Shown: positions 41,101-53,236, counted from the stretch's first letter. The stretch: DNA of 64,000 nucleotides from Nemertoderma westbladi (GCA_032718475.1 JAUCBJ010002454.1:43521-107520), one strand, 5' to 3'. Notes: a model not told the origin generated them from the sequence alone. A program made the numbers and translations.

Positions 41101-41975
41101 TTAACCTACAAAGTAAATATAGACGTGAGTGACTCCAACCAAAGAGACCCCGTTAACCTACAAAGTAAATACAGACGTGAGTGACTCCAACCAAAGAGCC
41201 CCCGTTAGCCTACAAAGTAAATATAGACGTGAGTGACTCCAACCAAAGAGACCCCGTTAACCTACAAAGTAAATATAGACGTGAGTGACTCCAACCAAAG
41301 AGACCCCGTTAACCTACAAAGTAAATACAGACGTGAGTGACTCCAACCAAAGAGACCCCGTTAACCTACAAAGTAAATATAGACGTGAGTGACTCCAACC
41401 AAAGAGACCCCGTTAACCTACAAAGTAAATATAGACGTGAGTGACTCCAACCAAAGAGACCCCGTTAACCTACAAAGTAAATATAGACGTGAGTGACTCC
41501 AACCAAAGAGACCCCGTTAACCTACAAAGTAAATATAGACGCGAGTGACTCCAACCAAAGAGACCCCGTTAACCTACAAAGTAAATATAGAGGTGAGTGA
41601 CTCCAACCAAAGAGACCCCGTTAACCTACAAAGTAAATATAGAGGTGAGTGACTCCAACCAAAGAGACCCCGTTAACCTACAAAGTAAATATAGACGTGA
41701 GTGACTCCAACCAAAGAGACCCCGTTAACCTACAAAGTAAATATAGACGCGAGTGACTCCAACCAAAGAGACCCCGTTAATCTACAAAGTAAATATAGAC
41801 GTGAGTGACTCCAACCAAAGAGACCCCGTTAACCTACAAAGTAAATATAGACGTGAGTGACTCCAACCAAAGAAACCCCGTTAACCTACAAAGTAAATAT
41901 AGACGTGAGTGACTCCAACCAAAGAGACCCCGTTAACCTACAAAGTAAATATAGACGTGAGTGACTTCATCCAAA
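23078..41975. repeat. 52-bp satellite, ~360 copies, derived from the scrib intron/exon junction
   Basis: Unit gacgtgagtgactccaaccaaagagaccccgttaacctacaaagtaaatata, period 52. The first copy overlaps the PDZ4 exon. Confidence 0.98.
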
Positions 41976-42907
41976 GGCTAAGTTAATCAACATTCACAGA
42001 TCATGACACTGAATTTATTTTCAATATGTTATACGATAATTGTATCCCATTAATAATACCACCAAAATGTATCTGGTACGGTCTACAGTAAGAGCCTAAA
42101 GGAACATCTATAAAAGATTTGTTTCGCTGTTCGCGTGACTTACCTTCGATATCAACTGCAATAAGTGCCTTAATTAACTGCATATCATTATTTGTATGAG
42201 CTAATAATTGATGTATCTAATTATTTGCTCACTATAACCTGTTCTTCTAGTGTAAACAGTGCAATCTATGATAGTCTACTTTAACTTATTGCCTTGTATA
42301 TTTGCTGAATATCCAAACCATATATATAAACCCAACTAATTCTCATCTAACACAAATATATCATAATTTTTATTATAATTACAAAACATAATCCTATCCC
42401 TGCAATTCCATTAAAATATTCGAATTGGGGGCAGTGGCCAGTATCTCAAAGTCAGAAAATAATTTATAAGAATCACTTTAAATAAAAGATTTTAATAAAC
42501 CTTGTTTCATAATTCTTAGGCTTATTTATTTCTTTAGTAGTAATTATTTTTTGAGCGACTTTTTAATCAGCAATTATTTCGACGAATTGTTTTACACACC
42601 CGACTCCCGTTTATTACTGTAAAACTCACTCGCTGCCCTACTGTTTCTACTATTCACACACAATGATATTTGTTTCTATTCTCGAAAATGAGGATAAAAT
42701 ATCAAACAAAATTGTAATTAATTTATCTGTCTAACAAAAAAATGTATACTTTTTAAAAAAATACTAATAGTTATTAACTGCTGCTAAATATTAAATAATA
42801 TATATATATTTTGAAGAAATTGAGTTGCATTATTGTACATTTTCCAAATTTCCCTGATATCTGTTTGCAGCTGCGATTCCAGGCGTAGCCTACTCTCTGT
42901 TACCTGT

Positions 42908-44483
42908 ATGTCTCTCAATCCTGCATTCGTATCTGGCAATGACCAAGAACCACCCCAAGTTAACTTACTCTATGTGGAAGAGAAAAAGAATGAGCCAATG
43001 CTTATTGATGAAATCTCATCTGAGAACTGCGCCGACAAGGTAAGAGGCGATTTCCATTTGAACAAGTTATTAGGGCGAGTAAATAATGCGAGCCATCAGC
43101 GAAATGTTATAATTATAATTAAATTGTTGGCTAGATGGCTTGCAGCTTTTGCTGCACGAAGCCACTCGGTCCGCATCCTCTGGCCTTCAACATTCAAGGA
43201 TGAACTCCGTGTAGGCTATGGGTACGTTCACACATAAACAGTAAACTTTCAATATGCAACTATCAAAATCCACATTTCCTGTTCTCTCTTACTTGAAAGT
43301 TGAAAGCTGGCATTTCTAGCTTTGATAACCAATCAGAAGTAACAACGATATACCTATTCCTATTGAATGAATATCGTAGTTATCTGAAAGTTAAAAGTTC
43401 ATGTGCGAATAAACCTCATATGTTTAAAAGCACATATAGGTATCTATATAGTTATAGCCCACCATAGATATTCGGTATGTGATAATTAATAAATGTCTAC
43501 AAACTGGAATGATGTAGCACCGAAGTTTTTTATTAAAACACCTTTTGATGGTCTTTTGTCTAATTTTTTTTCCTTAAAGTGTCTTATTTGTCCGCATTTT
43601 TGGGGATATAAAAGTGAATTTTTAAAAGTAAAAATAATTATGAACTGCCACTATTGCTGCCATTTATTTATTCTGACAGATATTTTATTTATGTTTTTAG
43701 ATTGTTTCCAAACTCCGCATAAATAATCCAACAATACGTGCATGTTTGTCTGAGTGTTTGGCGACCTTCATTCTCTTATTAATTGGCAATGGATCTGTGG
43801 CACAATCCGTTCTGAGCAGAGGGACACTTGGCTCGCCCCTATCTATACAAATATCTTGGGGTTTTGCAGTAACATTGGCTGTTTACTTCACAAATGGATT
43901 GAGTGGCGGCCACATAAACCCAGCGATATCCTTAGCAATGTTCGCTTTAGGGAAGATCAACTGGAGGCAACTAGTGGGGTACACGGTCGCGCAGTTTCTT
44001 GGTGCGTTCATTGCGTCACCACTATTATATGCAGTTTATTGGGACGCATTCAACGAGTTCGACGGCGGTATCCGTCAGGCTTTTGGACCAAACGGTACAG
44101 CTGGTATATTCGCCACCTATCCTACTGAGTGGCTAACTGTGGGAGGCGGGGTACTCGATCAGGTTGTAGCTACTGCGGTTCTAGCTGCGACTGTATGCGC
44201 GGTCACTGACCCTTCCAACAAGGTCCCTAAAGGGGTTGAACCCGTACTCGTTGGGTTCATGGTGATTCTACTTGGTACAGGTCTCGGTTTGAACTGTGGT
44301 TATCCACTCAACCCCGCTCGGGATTTCTCTCCCCGGCTGTTTATGTCGCTGGCCGGCTGGGGTTCGGAGGTTTGGATGACAGCCAATGGGGTACATTGGT
44401 GGTGGGTGCCAGTAGTCGGACCATACATAGGTGGTCTAGTAGGAGTATTCTTATATAAAGTCATTGTTCCTATGCATAATTAG
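42908..44483 (+). CDS. Aquaglyceroporin (AQP3/7/9/10-like), copy 1; exons 42908-43039 and 43701-44483, ~304 aa
   Basis: Motifs SGGHINPA and GYPLNPARD (Asp after NPAR is the glyceroporin signature), GIFATYP and WWWVPVVGP. The phase-0 intron runs AAG|GTAAGA...tttttag|ATT. Exon 1 has the same length in copy 2. Confidence 0.93.
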
Positions 44484-46119
44484 TTACATTTTAGAACAAT
44501 GCCATATTTTTAGCACATTAGGATATTTCCAAATGATATTTGTACACTCGAATTTGAAATAACAAAGCCTAAATAGACAGAAAACCTGAGAAATATAATC
44601 TGGGATACACGATAACCAACAAAGAAACCAAAATACCATTTTCAAATTGGTGCCAGATATTATTATTCGCTTTAATTATTTGCTTTTACTTTATACATAA
44701 CTTAGTTGCTACATAGTTGTTATTTAATTATAATAAGCATAAATATATTTAGAGTCATTAGATGTGGTGCAATTTGTAGAATATTGTAAACAAATTTCAA
44801 TTACAATGTAATTAAATGCAAACTTTGGACCTTCCACTTAGCTCCTAGTGTAACCAACCACATTCGCCCTCTAGTGTCCAATATGCTTCTACTTACAGAC
44901 ACTGAGTGAAACTCAGTCTCCTTCTTTATGTAACTGCTGCTAAGTTGACTGCGAAGTTGACTGTCTAACTGTCATACTTTTCCTACCGCTATCTTCTTCT
45001 CCAGAAACGTCCCCCATGAAACTGTTTTGTTGTGGAATATTTGATATCGATGTGGCAGTTTAATCTCCATAGCTTTCTAAAGTTTATATTTATAGAACTG
45101 GAATCATAGGTGTAATTTATTTCATACAGCCTCAAATATGATTCCAGCATATCCAATCTGCCACACACACCGCTTTTTGCTCATGACCTTTCTAAGGGTC
45201 CGTATGTTCCGCTAGTAATGCCCCAACCCATTTATTAACAGTTCGCTACTTATTATGTATAAAATGCTTTCGGCATGTTTAGAGGTTAGGTGCAACAGTG
45301 TGATTTCCGGCCAATTACACTTTTTTCCAATAAAATCAGGATTACCCTTTTTATGGATTACGTTTTTTTTTGTTATGGATTGCATTACAGCTAAAGGTTG
45401 CTCTCCTTTGAGCACAATTATTCGTCTCACAACATTCGTAACAATAACCTCGATGCATATTTTGGAAGGGATTCACAATGTAAACTTATCTGGATAGGAA
45501 CGCTTTTGGAGGCTTTGTATCGAATCGACACAATGAAATGATCACTCTTCGCCATCCACGGGAACGGTGAGTCCCACACGTGGTCTAAGACCCAGACGAT
45601 ATACCATCCCGAGGTTGTGGTAAATCAACTTACTCTAATATCTTACTCTAGCTTCATGACCTTTTTTTAACTTAGGACCATCAGCATACCTGCATAAGCA
45701 GCTGATACGAAAATGGTGCTACTGGAATAAGTAGCTTATCAATATGGCCTTGCTTTCAGCCAATAGGATCCATCTCTAGTATCCTGGCAACATATAATTT
45801 GTGATCAGCTATGAACCAGCTAGCAAAAAAAATGTTACCTACTGTGATGAATTAACTCAGGGAAGAGGGATAAGTTGAGTTCATAGGTATGAATTTCCCG
45901 GTGTTGAACACATAAAGTGCGTACTGATTTTAAGTTTAAATCAGCCGTTTGCTGCCAGACTGAATGGTGGTGCCTCGACAAACTGACAGCTTCAGCAGTT
46001 AGCTTGTAGGCCAATACATTGCGCATAGCTGCCCGATTTATTGATGTTATTTGATATTTTTTAGTTTGGCCAACAACTTGTTTTGCTCAGTTTACTTTTA
46101 TTATGACCTTTCAACACCA

Positions 46120-47030
46120 TATCCTGGAATATAGTGTCGTAATTCAGTAACTTGAATTCCCCCAAACCCCCCCCCCCCCCCCCCCCCCCCACCCACCCAC
46201 CACATTTTTCTGCAAATTTTAATGAGATTACAATTTGAAATACAGATAGTTTCACTTCCCGACCACTGACTGGGTGAGTCAGAATTTTTATTTTGCTTTC
46301 AATCTGTAGCTACAAGCGATTGAAAAAGGTGTCACGACGAAATTTCACCAGTTACAAATTACGCCGCAGTTATTCTTCAACCTCCTATTGATTTGTTAGT
46401 TGTTAGTACTGATGGAAAGCTGCCCCTGCAAGGATTCCAAATATGCAACACAATCTGAATTTCGTTGAAAAATAGCTGAGATATGAGCGTTCAAATGTTG
46501 GATGTTTTGCTTCTGCGCTTCTTCCTATTTAATTATTCACCATTATTTTTGAACATTTTGTTTATGTATGAATAGCTACCAGTTATTGCCTTGTTGCAGA
46601 AATAATGAAAATGCCCGAAACCAGAATATGGTACATTTATTAAATAAAATAAAATAGCCTCGCGCAGCTGCAAAACCATGCAACTTTCGAACGCTAATAT
46701 CTCAGCTATTCATCAACGAATTCTGATGGTGTTATATATTTGGAATCCTTGCATGGCCAGCTTTCTAACATTACCAACAAATGAAAAGGTTTAAGAATAA
46801 CTGCGGTGTAACTGGTGCAATATCGGAAGAGACACTTTCTTAAAAAGCTTGTAGCTACAGATTGAAAGCAAAAATAAAAATTGACCCACGGAGGAGGAGG
46901 GAGGTGATGCTATTTTTTTTCATGCAATATCATTAAGATTAATATAAAAAAATTAGGAGGGTGTGGGGGGGGGGGGGGGGGGTTGTGTGGGGCGGTATCT
47001 GACGAAGTCACTATATTCTAGGACATGGTG
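46120..47030. mobile_element. Palindromic (foldback) MITE-like element
   Basis: Symmetric inverted segments: tcctggaatatagtg/cactatattctagga, poly-C/poly-G, aatctgtagctacaagc/gcttgtagctacagatt, caaggattccaaatat/atatttggaatccttg, gctgagatat/atatctcagc. Confidence 0.75.
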
Positions 47031-47269
47031 TAAGTAGTATATATACAGTAGAAGATACCACATTACTGCGGCATTTTCAGTAGCGAAGTAATACAGTCTT
47101 TCCTGTAAAGCTCTGGCGAGTACCTTTACCATGAATAAGAACCTGAAACTTGAACACTAAGAAAACATGCAGCTGATATTATTATTATAATCGTAATTCC
47201 TCAGTTACTTCTAAGCCTAAGCGTAAGGTGGCTGGCTGATTGTAGAGTTTACGTTACGCTTTAGAGCAA

Positions 47270-47775
47270 TGGGTACAAAGGTTAATGGGTAGAACGAGTC
47301 AAAGGGAAGAAAACGAGTCAAATGGTACAACAGGAAATGGTACAACGAGACAAAGGGTAGAAACCAGGTGGTCAAAGGGTACAAAACAGGACGTCAAAGG
47401 GTACACAAAAACGAGTCAAAGTGTACAACATCAAAGGGTACAACGAGTCAAAGGGTACAAACAAGGCGGTTATTTAGTTTGTTTAATACTTTGGTTAAAG
47501 GGTTAGTTGGAATTTAGCAGAAATTAAGCGGAATTTCTTAGATTATGACTTAGGGTTACATGACAGTTTTAATTAGGTTTGAGGACGCGAGTAACCAGCG
47601 AGTTGTGTAACCAGCGAGTTTCATACAGTATCAAAATCCCTGTTGTTCACTTTGTCCTGTTGTACCCTTTCTATAATATTTGTACCCTTTGACGTGGTTT
47701 TTGTACCCTTTGACATGGCTGTCGGACCCTTTTTTCCATTTTTGTACTCTTTGACTCGATGTACCCTTTGACTCG
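47270..47775. repeat. Degenerate short repeats in inverted blocks (aaagggtacaa / ttgtacccttt)
   Basis: The block at ~47270-47465 is mirrored by the complementary motif block at ~47650-47775. This is probably a MITE remnant. Confidence 0.6.
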
Positions 47776-48622
47776 GAATCCTGCGTTGCGTTGAAGCGCG
47801 ATAGGATAGATAGGTACTGAGGTACCGGTTCCCGGAATCCACACAGACACTGATCAGTAAATTCGTAACCTCGATTTTGTCAGTCAGTGGGTGACATTGT
47901 GGTTGAGACGGTTAGCGTTAGTGTAATATCTCTTTGAGATAAGAATATATATTTACGGTTTGAAATGCTCCTTGGGCACCAACTCATGGAAACTTCCTGC
48001 AACCAATAGGGAAACACCAATGATGTCACCTGTAGGGTAGGTGTGGCATATTGGTCTACGAAAGTAAAACCATAAACATGCTGAATTCGGACGAGGCTAT
48101 AAATGCTTCAAATTGTAGACTTGAAATGATTGGCCGATATTTGGATAAGCCATGATTCTCTGGAAATTGCCACTGAAATTCCAGACAAATTCCAGACGCT
48201 GACATTCCTGCCTCATGCGACATCATTTTTTATGGTAGTTTTTATTGGCGTAGGCCTATTGCATTTAATTTTCCCATTGATGTTTCATGTTACATAAAAA
48301 TTTAATATGTTTTGGCTACATCAAGCTCCATTTTCCCTTCAAAACCTTGAGTTGATGAGAGAGGAACGTAAGAAATAGAAATAGAAAGGCATTTGACATT
48401 GTCCAGTCTGTCTGATTAAGAAAAGATGAATAGCAGAAGTTCAGCAAGCGAATCCAAATCATAACTATAACACCAGGTGAATAGAATATATTTACCCAAA
48501 TATTGGATATAATATTTATTTGTAACAAATAGTACGTATTTGTTCGTATTATTGTACATAGGTTGTCAATAAGTTACTAGCTACACTTTTAGCCGCACTT
48601 TTTCTCACCATAACTGCCGACT

Positions 48623-50276
48623 ATGTCTCTGACGCCAGTATTCGTATCTGACAAAGACCAAGAAGCAGCACAAGTTAACTTGCTACATGTGGAAGAGAAA
48701 AAAAGTGAACCAATGACTTTAGATGAAAACACTTCTAAGAACTGGGTCGACAAGGTAAGACTTAGGCTAATTATGTAAGGGATGTCCTTTAAGCCATGTA
48801 AGACACGACTATTAAATAGTGAGAGGAAACAGGCAGGTCAGCCAAAGACATTCCTGAAACATCTGGTAAAGATGGTGTTGATAATACAGTGGAGATATGC
48901 ATGGTGATCGCAAACCATATGTTTTTGTTTTACCTCATTTTCAGAGACTGGGGCTGGAATTGAAGCAAATCTCAAACGGTGATTAACATATCAGTGAATT
49001 AACTAACGGTATGTTAATTATAAGGGAAAGGAGCAGGTTACAGTGTCGCGTTATTCTAACCAAAACAATAAACGAAACTCAATAGAAGAGATTACTGACC
49101 AATTATTGGGCCCATGTGAAGAATACCAGACTTTCCGCTGTATATTTCTCTTTGCAGTTTACCCCATTCCCCATGTGAAGGTTTTCACTAAAAAACTAGG
49201 TTACAGAAGGGCTGAATGTAACCAAAACAATAAACAACTTAATATCTGTACAGGCTGTAAGATAGAAATGAGCGCTTTAAAGCACTTACTATGGAGAAAT
49301 TAAACAAAACACAAATTCTTCATATATAAAAAACAAATCCAATATAAAGTCGACCAAATATTCTTCAGATGGGCGATTTTTGCTCGCACCTAGCTGTTAT
49401 TTGCGACGATTTTCCATGGTGAGGGCCCACTCCATAACTGTATTCCGTTGTCCTTTATTATTACTGACAGAACTTCCTATTTTATTTTTTTAGATTGTTT
49501 CCAAACTCCGCATAAATAATTCAACAATACGTGCATGTTTGTCTGAGTGTTTGGCGACCTTCATTCTCTTATTAATTGGCAATGGATCTGTGGCACAATT
49601 CGTTCTGAGCAGAGGGACACTTGGCTCGCCCCTATCTATACAAATATCTTGGGGTTTTGCAGTAACATTGGCTGTTTATTTCTCAAATGGGTTGAGTGGC
49701 GGCCACATAAACCCAGCGATATCCTTAGCAATGTTCGCTTTAGGGAAGATCAACTGGAGGCAACTAGTGGGGTACACGGTCGCGCAGTTTCTTGGTGCGT
49801 TCATTGCGTCACCACTATTATATGCAGTTTATTGGGACGCATTCAACCAGTTCGACGGCGGTATCCGTCAGGCTTTTGGACCAAACGGTACAGCTGGTAT
49901 ATTCGCCACCTATCCTACTGAGTGGCTGACTGTGGGAGGCGGGGTACTCGATCAGGTTGTAGCTACTGCGGTTCTAGCTGCGACTGTATGCGCTGTCACT
50001 GACCCATCCAACAAGGTCCCTAAAGGGGTTGAACCCATACTCGTTGGGTTCATGGTACTTCTAATTGGTATGAGTCTTGGTTTCAATTGCGGTTTCCCAC
50101 TCAACCCCGCTCGGGATTTCTCTCCCCGGCTGTTTATGTCGCTGGCCGGCTGGGGTTCGGAGGTTTGGATGACAGCCAATGGGGTACATTGGTGGTGGGT
50201 GCCAGTAGTCGGACCATACATAGGTGGTCTAGTAGGAGTATTCTTATATAAAGTCATTGTTGCTATGCATCAGTAG
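48623..50276 (+). CDS. Aquaglyceroporin, copy 2; exons 48623-48754 and 49494-50276, ~304 aa
   Basis: Same structure and exon lengths (132 + 783 nt) as copy 1, with SGGHINPA and GFPLNPARD and canonical GT-AG sites. Confidence 0.93.
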
Positions 50277-50679
50277 ATAAGAATTAACTGGTGGAAGACT
50301 GTTAACATTATATTCAATATCTTTAGCATTATACTGCAGTACTGTATTTCAAATTTCGTAATATTTCCGAGATACCGAAATCTGGGACACGCGCTAAAAA
50401 ATCAGCCAATCGACACCGTTTCCAGATTTGGAATACCCAATGACGGGCCTCTCTGTACCACCAAAGCCCCTCAGAGACCAGTATCTCAATAATATAGTCC
50501 CCATAGGGGCTTCGTAAACGCCAAATAATAGATTATAATATTTGCATTTATTATATAAATTTGCTGCTACATAACTTTGCTGCTAGCCTTCTACATAGTC
50601 GTTTTTTAATATTTTCTATTTATACGCATAATTATTACTTAGTGTCATTTAATGTGTTGCAATTATAATAATAATAATA

Positions 50680-51085
50680 ATGTACTTTCACAAGAATGCT
50701 GCGCCGGGATCATTGTGTCAAGTGCAATGAAATGAACACATCTCCAAATCAGACTCTATACAACATTGGAGGTGTTTAATTAGACTTGAACGAAACCGCC
50801 TCCGCTTTGCAGGACATTGATTTCGCCGTGAGGACCAGCCAATGCATAATCTTGTACTTTGGCAGCCTCATGGAGTGAATAAGCATGGTGGACAGCCCAT
50901 GACTTTCTTGAGACGCATCTTAAAGGACACTGGCCTTGAAGATGCGAATGATCTATCAAATGTTATGGGTGATAAGGAGTTGTGGCGGCGGAATTTTGTC
51001 AACAAGCCGGCACAGCATTCGCAATATATAATATATGATATAAAATGCAGCTGCAAAGCAGCATGCCAATAGTAGTAGTAGTAGT
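50680..51085 (+). mobile_element. 5'-truncated copy of the same RTE-like LINE
   Basis: Closely matches the reverse complement of ~6290-6665 (HNLVLWQPHGVNKHGGQPMTFLRRILKDTGL) and ends in a (TAG)n tail. Confidence 0.88.
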
Positions 51086-51735
51086 AATTTAAATGTAATT
51101 AAATACAAACTGCGGACCGGCCATCCACTTAACTCCTATAGTTTAAACTATCGCCTTCTACTGTTCAATATTGCTTCTACTTATACACTAACATTTGTGT
51201 TGTGCTAATTTCAGCAATTGTGCTAATAATTACTACATATTACCTACATTATTTGTAATAATGTCCATGAAATTAAACAATAATTAACAGCTTTAGTAAA
51301 AGTAAAGTAAAGTTTTATTAGGCGTTAGGCCAAGGGGATTACGCACAAAGTCTGACGGCATATTTAAGTGCGGCCCCCAGAACTATAATACACCCCAGAG
51401 AAACTTCAGCCGTCAGTCGTCGTCTAATTTTTTATCGCACTGTCATTCCTTGATGAAATTTAACCAAATTTGGTACGGTACGTATAATATACTCCATCAA
51501 AAGTTTAGAAAGAATCTGAAGGTTGGTCAAAAATGAGACAGTCTGACAGTCGATACTGGTAGTTTCAGACTTTTGATAAAAACCGAAATAAGTCGGTCAA
51601 TCATTTATGAAATTAAACCAAACTTGGTACGTATGCAGTCATATGAAATTAAACCAAACTTGGTACCGGTACGTATGCAGTCATATGAAATTTGGTAGAA
51701 ATAACCTACGAACATTAGGGCTTAATAAATAATTT

Positions 51736-51895
51736 TGCGTACCAACAGACTAAGTAAGTTCCTATCCTCTGTCAGTCCCACGGCTGAGTGCGTACCAACA
51801 GACTAAGTAAGTTCCTATCCTCTGTCAGTCCCACGGCTGAGTGCGTACCAACAGACTAAGTAAGTTCCTCTCCTCTGTCAGTCCCACGGCTGAGT
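51736..51895. repeat. 53-bp tandem triplication
   Basis: tgcgtaccaacagactaagtaagttcctatcctctgtcagtcccacggctgag x3. Confidence 0.92.
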
Positions 51896-52404
51896 ATTAA
51901 TTGTAAATACAAACAAGTACTGGATTACAGTCTCGTGCTGCGCGAAGGCCCACGAACGCGTTTACGGATGCAAAACAGAGAAGCACCCTGGTTAGTCACT
52001 TTAAAGCATTCGTGCCGAAACGTAAACTCCCTTAGCCTCCTATTAATATAGGCAACCTACCACAAGGCCAAGCTAGCATAATCGTTTCGCCTTGCACAAT
52101 GGATTAATAGCGATGTTTGTAAGAAATTCGCATAGAGAAACACTTTTATTGGTTTCCCCCAAACTAATGTCATGTAAAACTTAATTAGAGCAGGTTAGTC
52201 CCCAAAGAAGTAAAAAGTATCATACGGGGTCATAACAGGAAAGTCTCTTTTAAGTTATTTGTGTACCTTCTGATAATTTATTTATTTGCGACACCCGGTT
52301 ACCAAGGTGATAACGAACGCAGGTTCGCCAAAGTAAACCCCAATGAATCTCATATAAGAACTCATCTACTACAGTATTATGTGTTATAATGCTATGAAAC
52401 TCAC

Positions 52405-52632
52405 CTCCAATAGCCGCTGTCCGACCTTCAGTCGACCCTCGTTGACTACAGTGTCTGATCGTGTTACCTTGGTAACGAATATACCGTCGTCCGAGTGCTC
52501 TAGCGGGTTGCCTGGCGACGGGGCTCCTACCCCGCCCCTGACAGCGAATCCCAGCTTCCGACCGGAGGCCCGGGGTAGAGTCAACTCAACCAGTCCTTTT
52601 GGAGGCGGGTCGTGTTGGACTACCAACTGCAC
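52405..52632 (-). CDS. scrib: Scribble exon: end of PDZ3, linker and N-terminal half of PDZ4
   Basis: VQLVVQHDPPPKGLVELTLPRASGRKLGFAVRGG...GNPLEHSDDGIFVTKV...GRLKVGQRLLE matches the Scribble PDZ3-PDZ4 tandem. 228 nt in phase 0/0, donor GAG|GTGAGT. Confidence 0.93.
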
Positions 52633-52877
52633 CTGGGGGGGGGGGGGGGGGGGGGGGGGGTATTGGGAGACTAACTATTATCAATAAGTAAGGAATAATG
52701 GAATACACGCCAAGGTTACCCAATCCATGGAAGCTGCGAGATGGAAATGTAACCGGAGGAGTAAAAGGAAAGATTAGGATAGTGAGAGTAATCAACCTAG
52801 GGAGCAAGAGGAGTGCCCATCTTGACTTTATCTTACTATGAAGGTAAAACAACGGAGCCCATATAATGATAACTTAC

Positions 52878-53236
52878 TGTTGATGAGGCTGACACTAAGG
52901 CCTGTACGGCCTGCTGGTGGGTCGCCCTGGCAACATTGATCCCGTTCACTTCTAGAATTCGATCGCCAATCCGCAACTGAGAGCGGGACGCGGAACCCCC
53001 GCGGACCACCTTGGAGATGAAGACCCCCGGCAGGCCGTCGCCGAAGGGCTGCGATGCGTGATCCACGCCCCCCACGATAGACAGACCCAAGGGACCCGCA
53101 GACTTTACCAGGGTCACCTCCTCCATGGTTGGCGTCTCGGACGTATCGCCGGGACTAGATCGGTCTACGCCGGGGCTACAACGTTTCAGTATAGATCGGC
53201 CCTCGGTGGAAGGTGATGGGGACACGATAGAGGCAT
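52878..53236 (-). CDS. scrib: Scribble exon: linker plus PDZ3
   Basis: EEVTLVKSAGPLGLSIVGGVDHASQPFGDGLPGVFISKV...LRIGDRILEVNG...ATHQQAV closely matches Scribble PDZ3 (GPLGLSIVGGxDH..PFG). Acceptor ccttccag, donor GTAAGT. Confidence 0.95.

Noticed and set aside
23130-41965. Plus-strand GTGAGT donor-like, ACGTG (HRE core) and AP-1-like motifs in each 52-bp unit
   Set aside because: They are the complement of the Val-Thr-His codons of the source exon, and nothing supports independent function.
23078-41975. CRISPR array interpretation of the regular repeats (also 53488-64000)
   Set aside because: Units are head-to-tail with no unique spacers, there are no cas genes, and the context is eukaryotic and intronic.
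44950-46050. Coding-like composition between the aquaporins (also ~22380-22800)
   Set aside because: Only short interrupted frames with no recognisable motif. Probably decayed TE sequence.
43746-49541. TTG starts given by the ORF track for the aquaporins
   Set aside because: An in-frame acceptor 45 nt upstream and a conserved ATG-bearing first exon explain the N-termini better.
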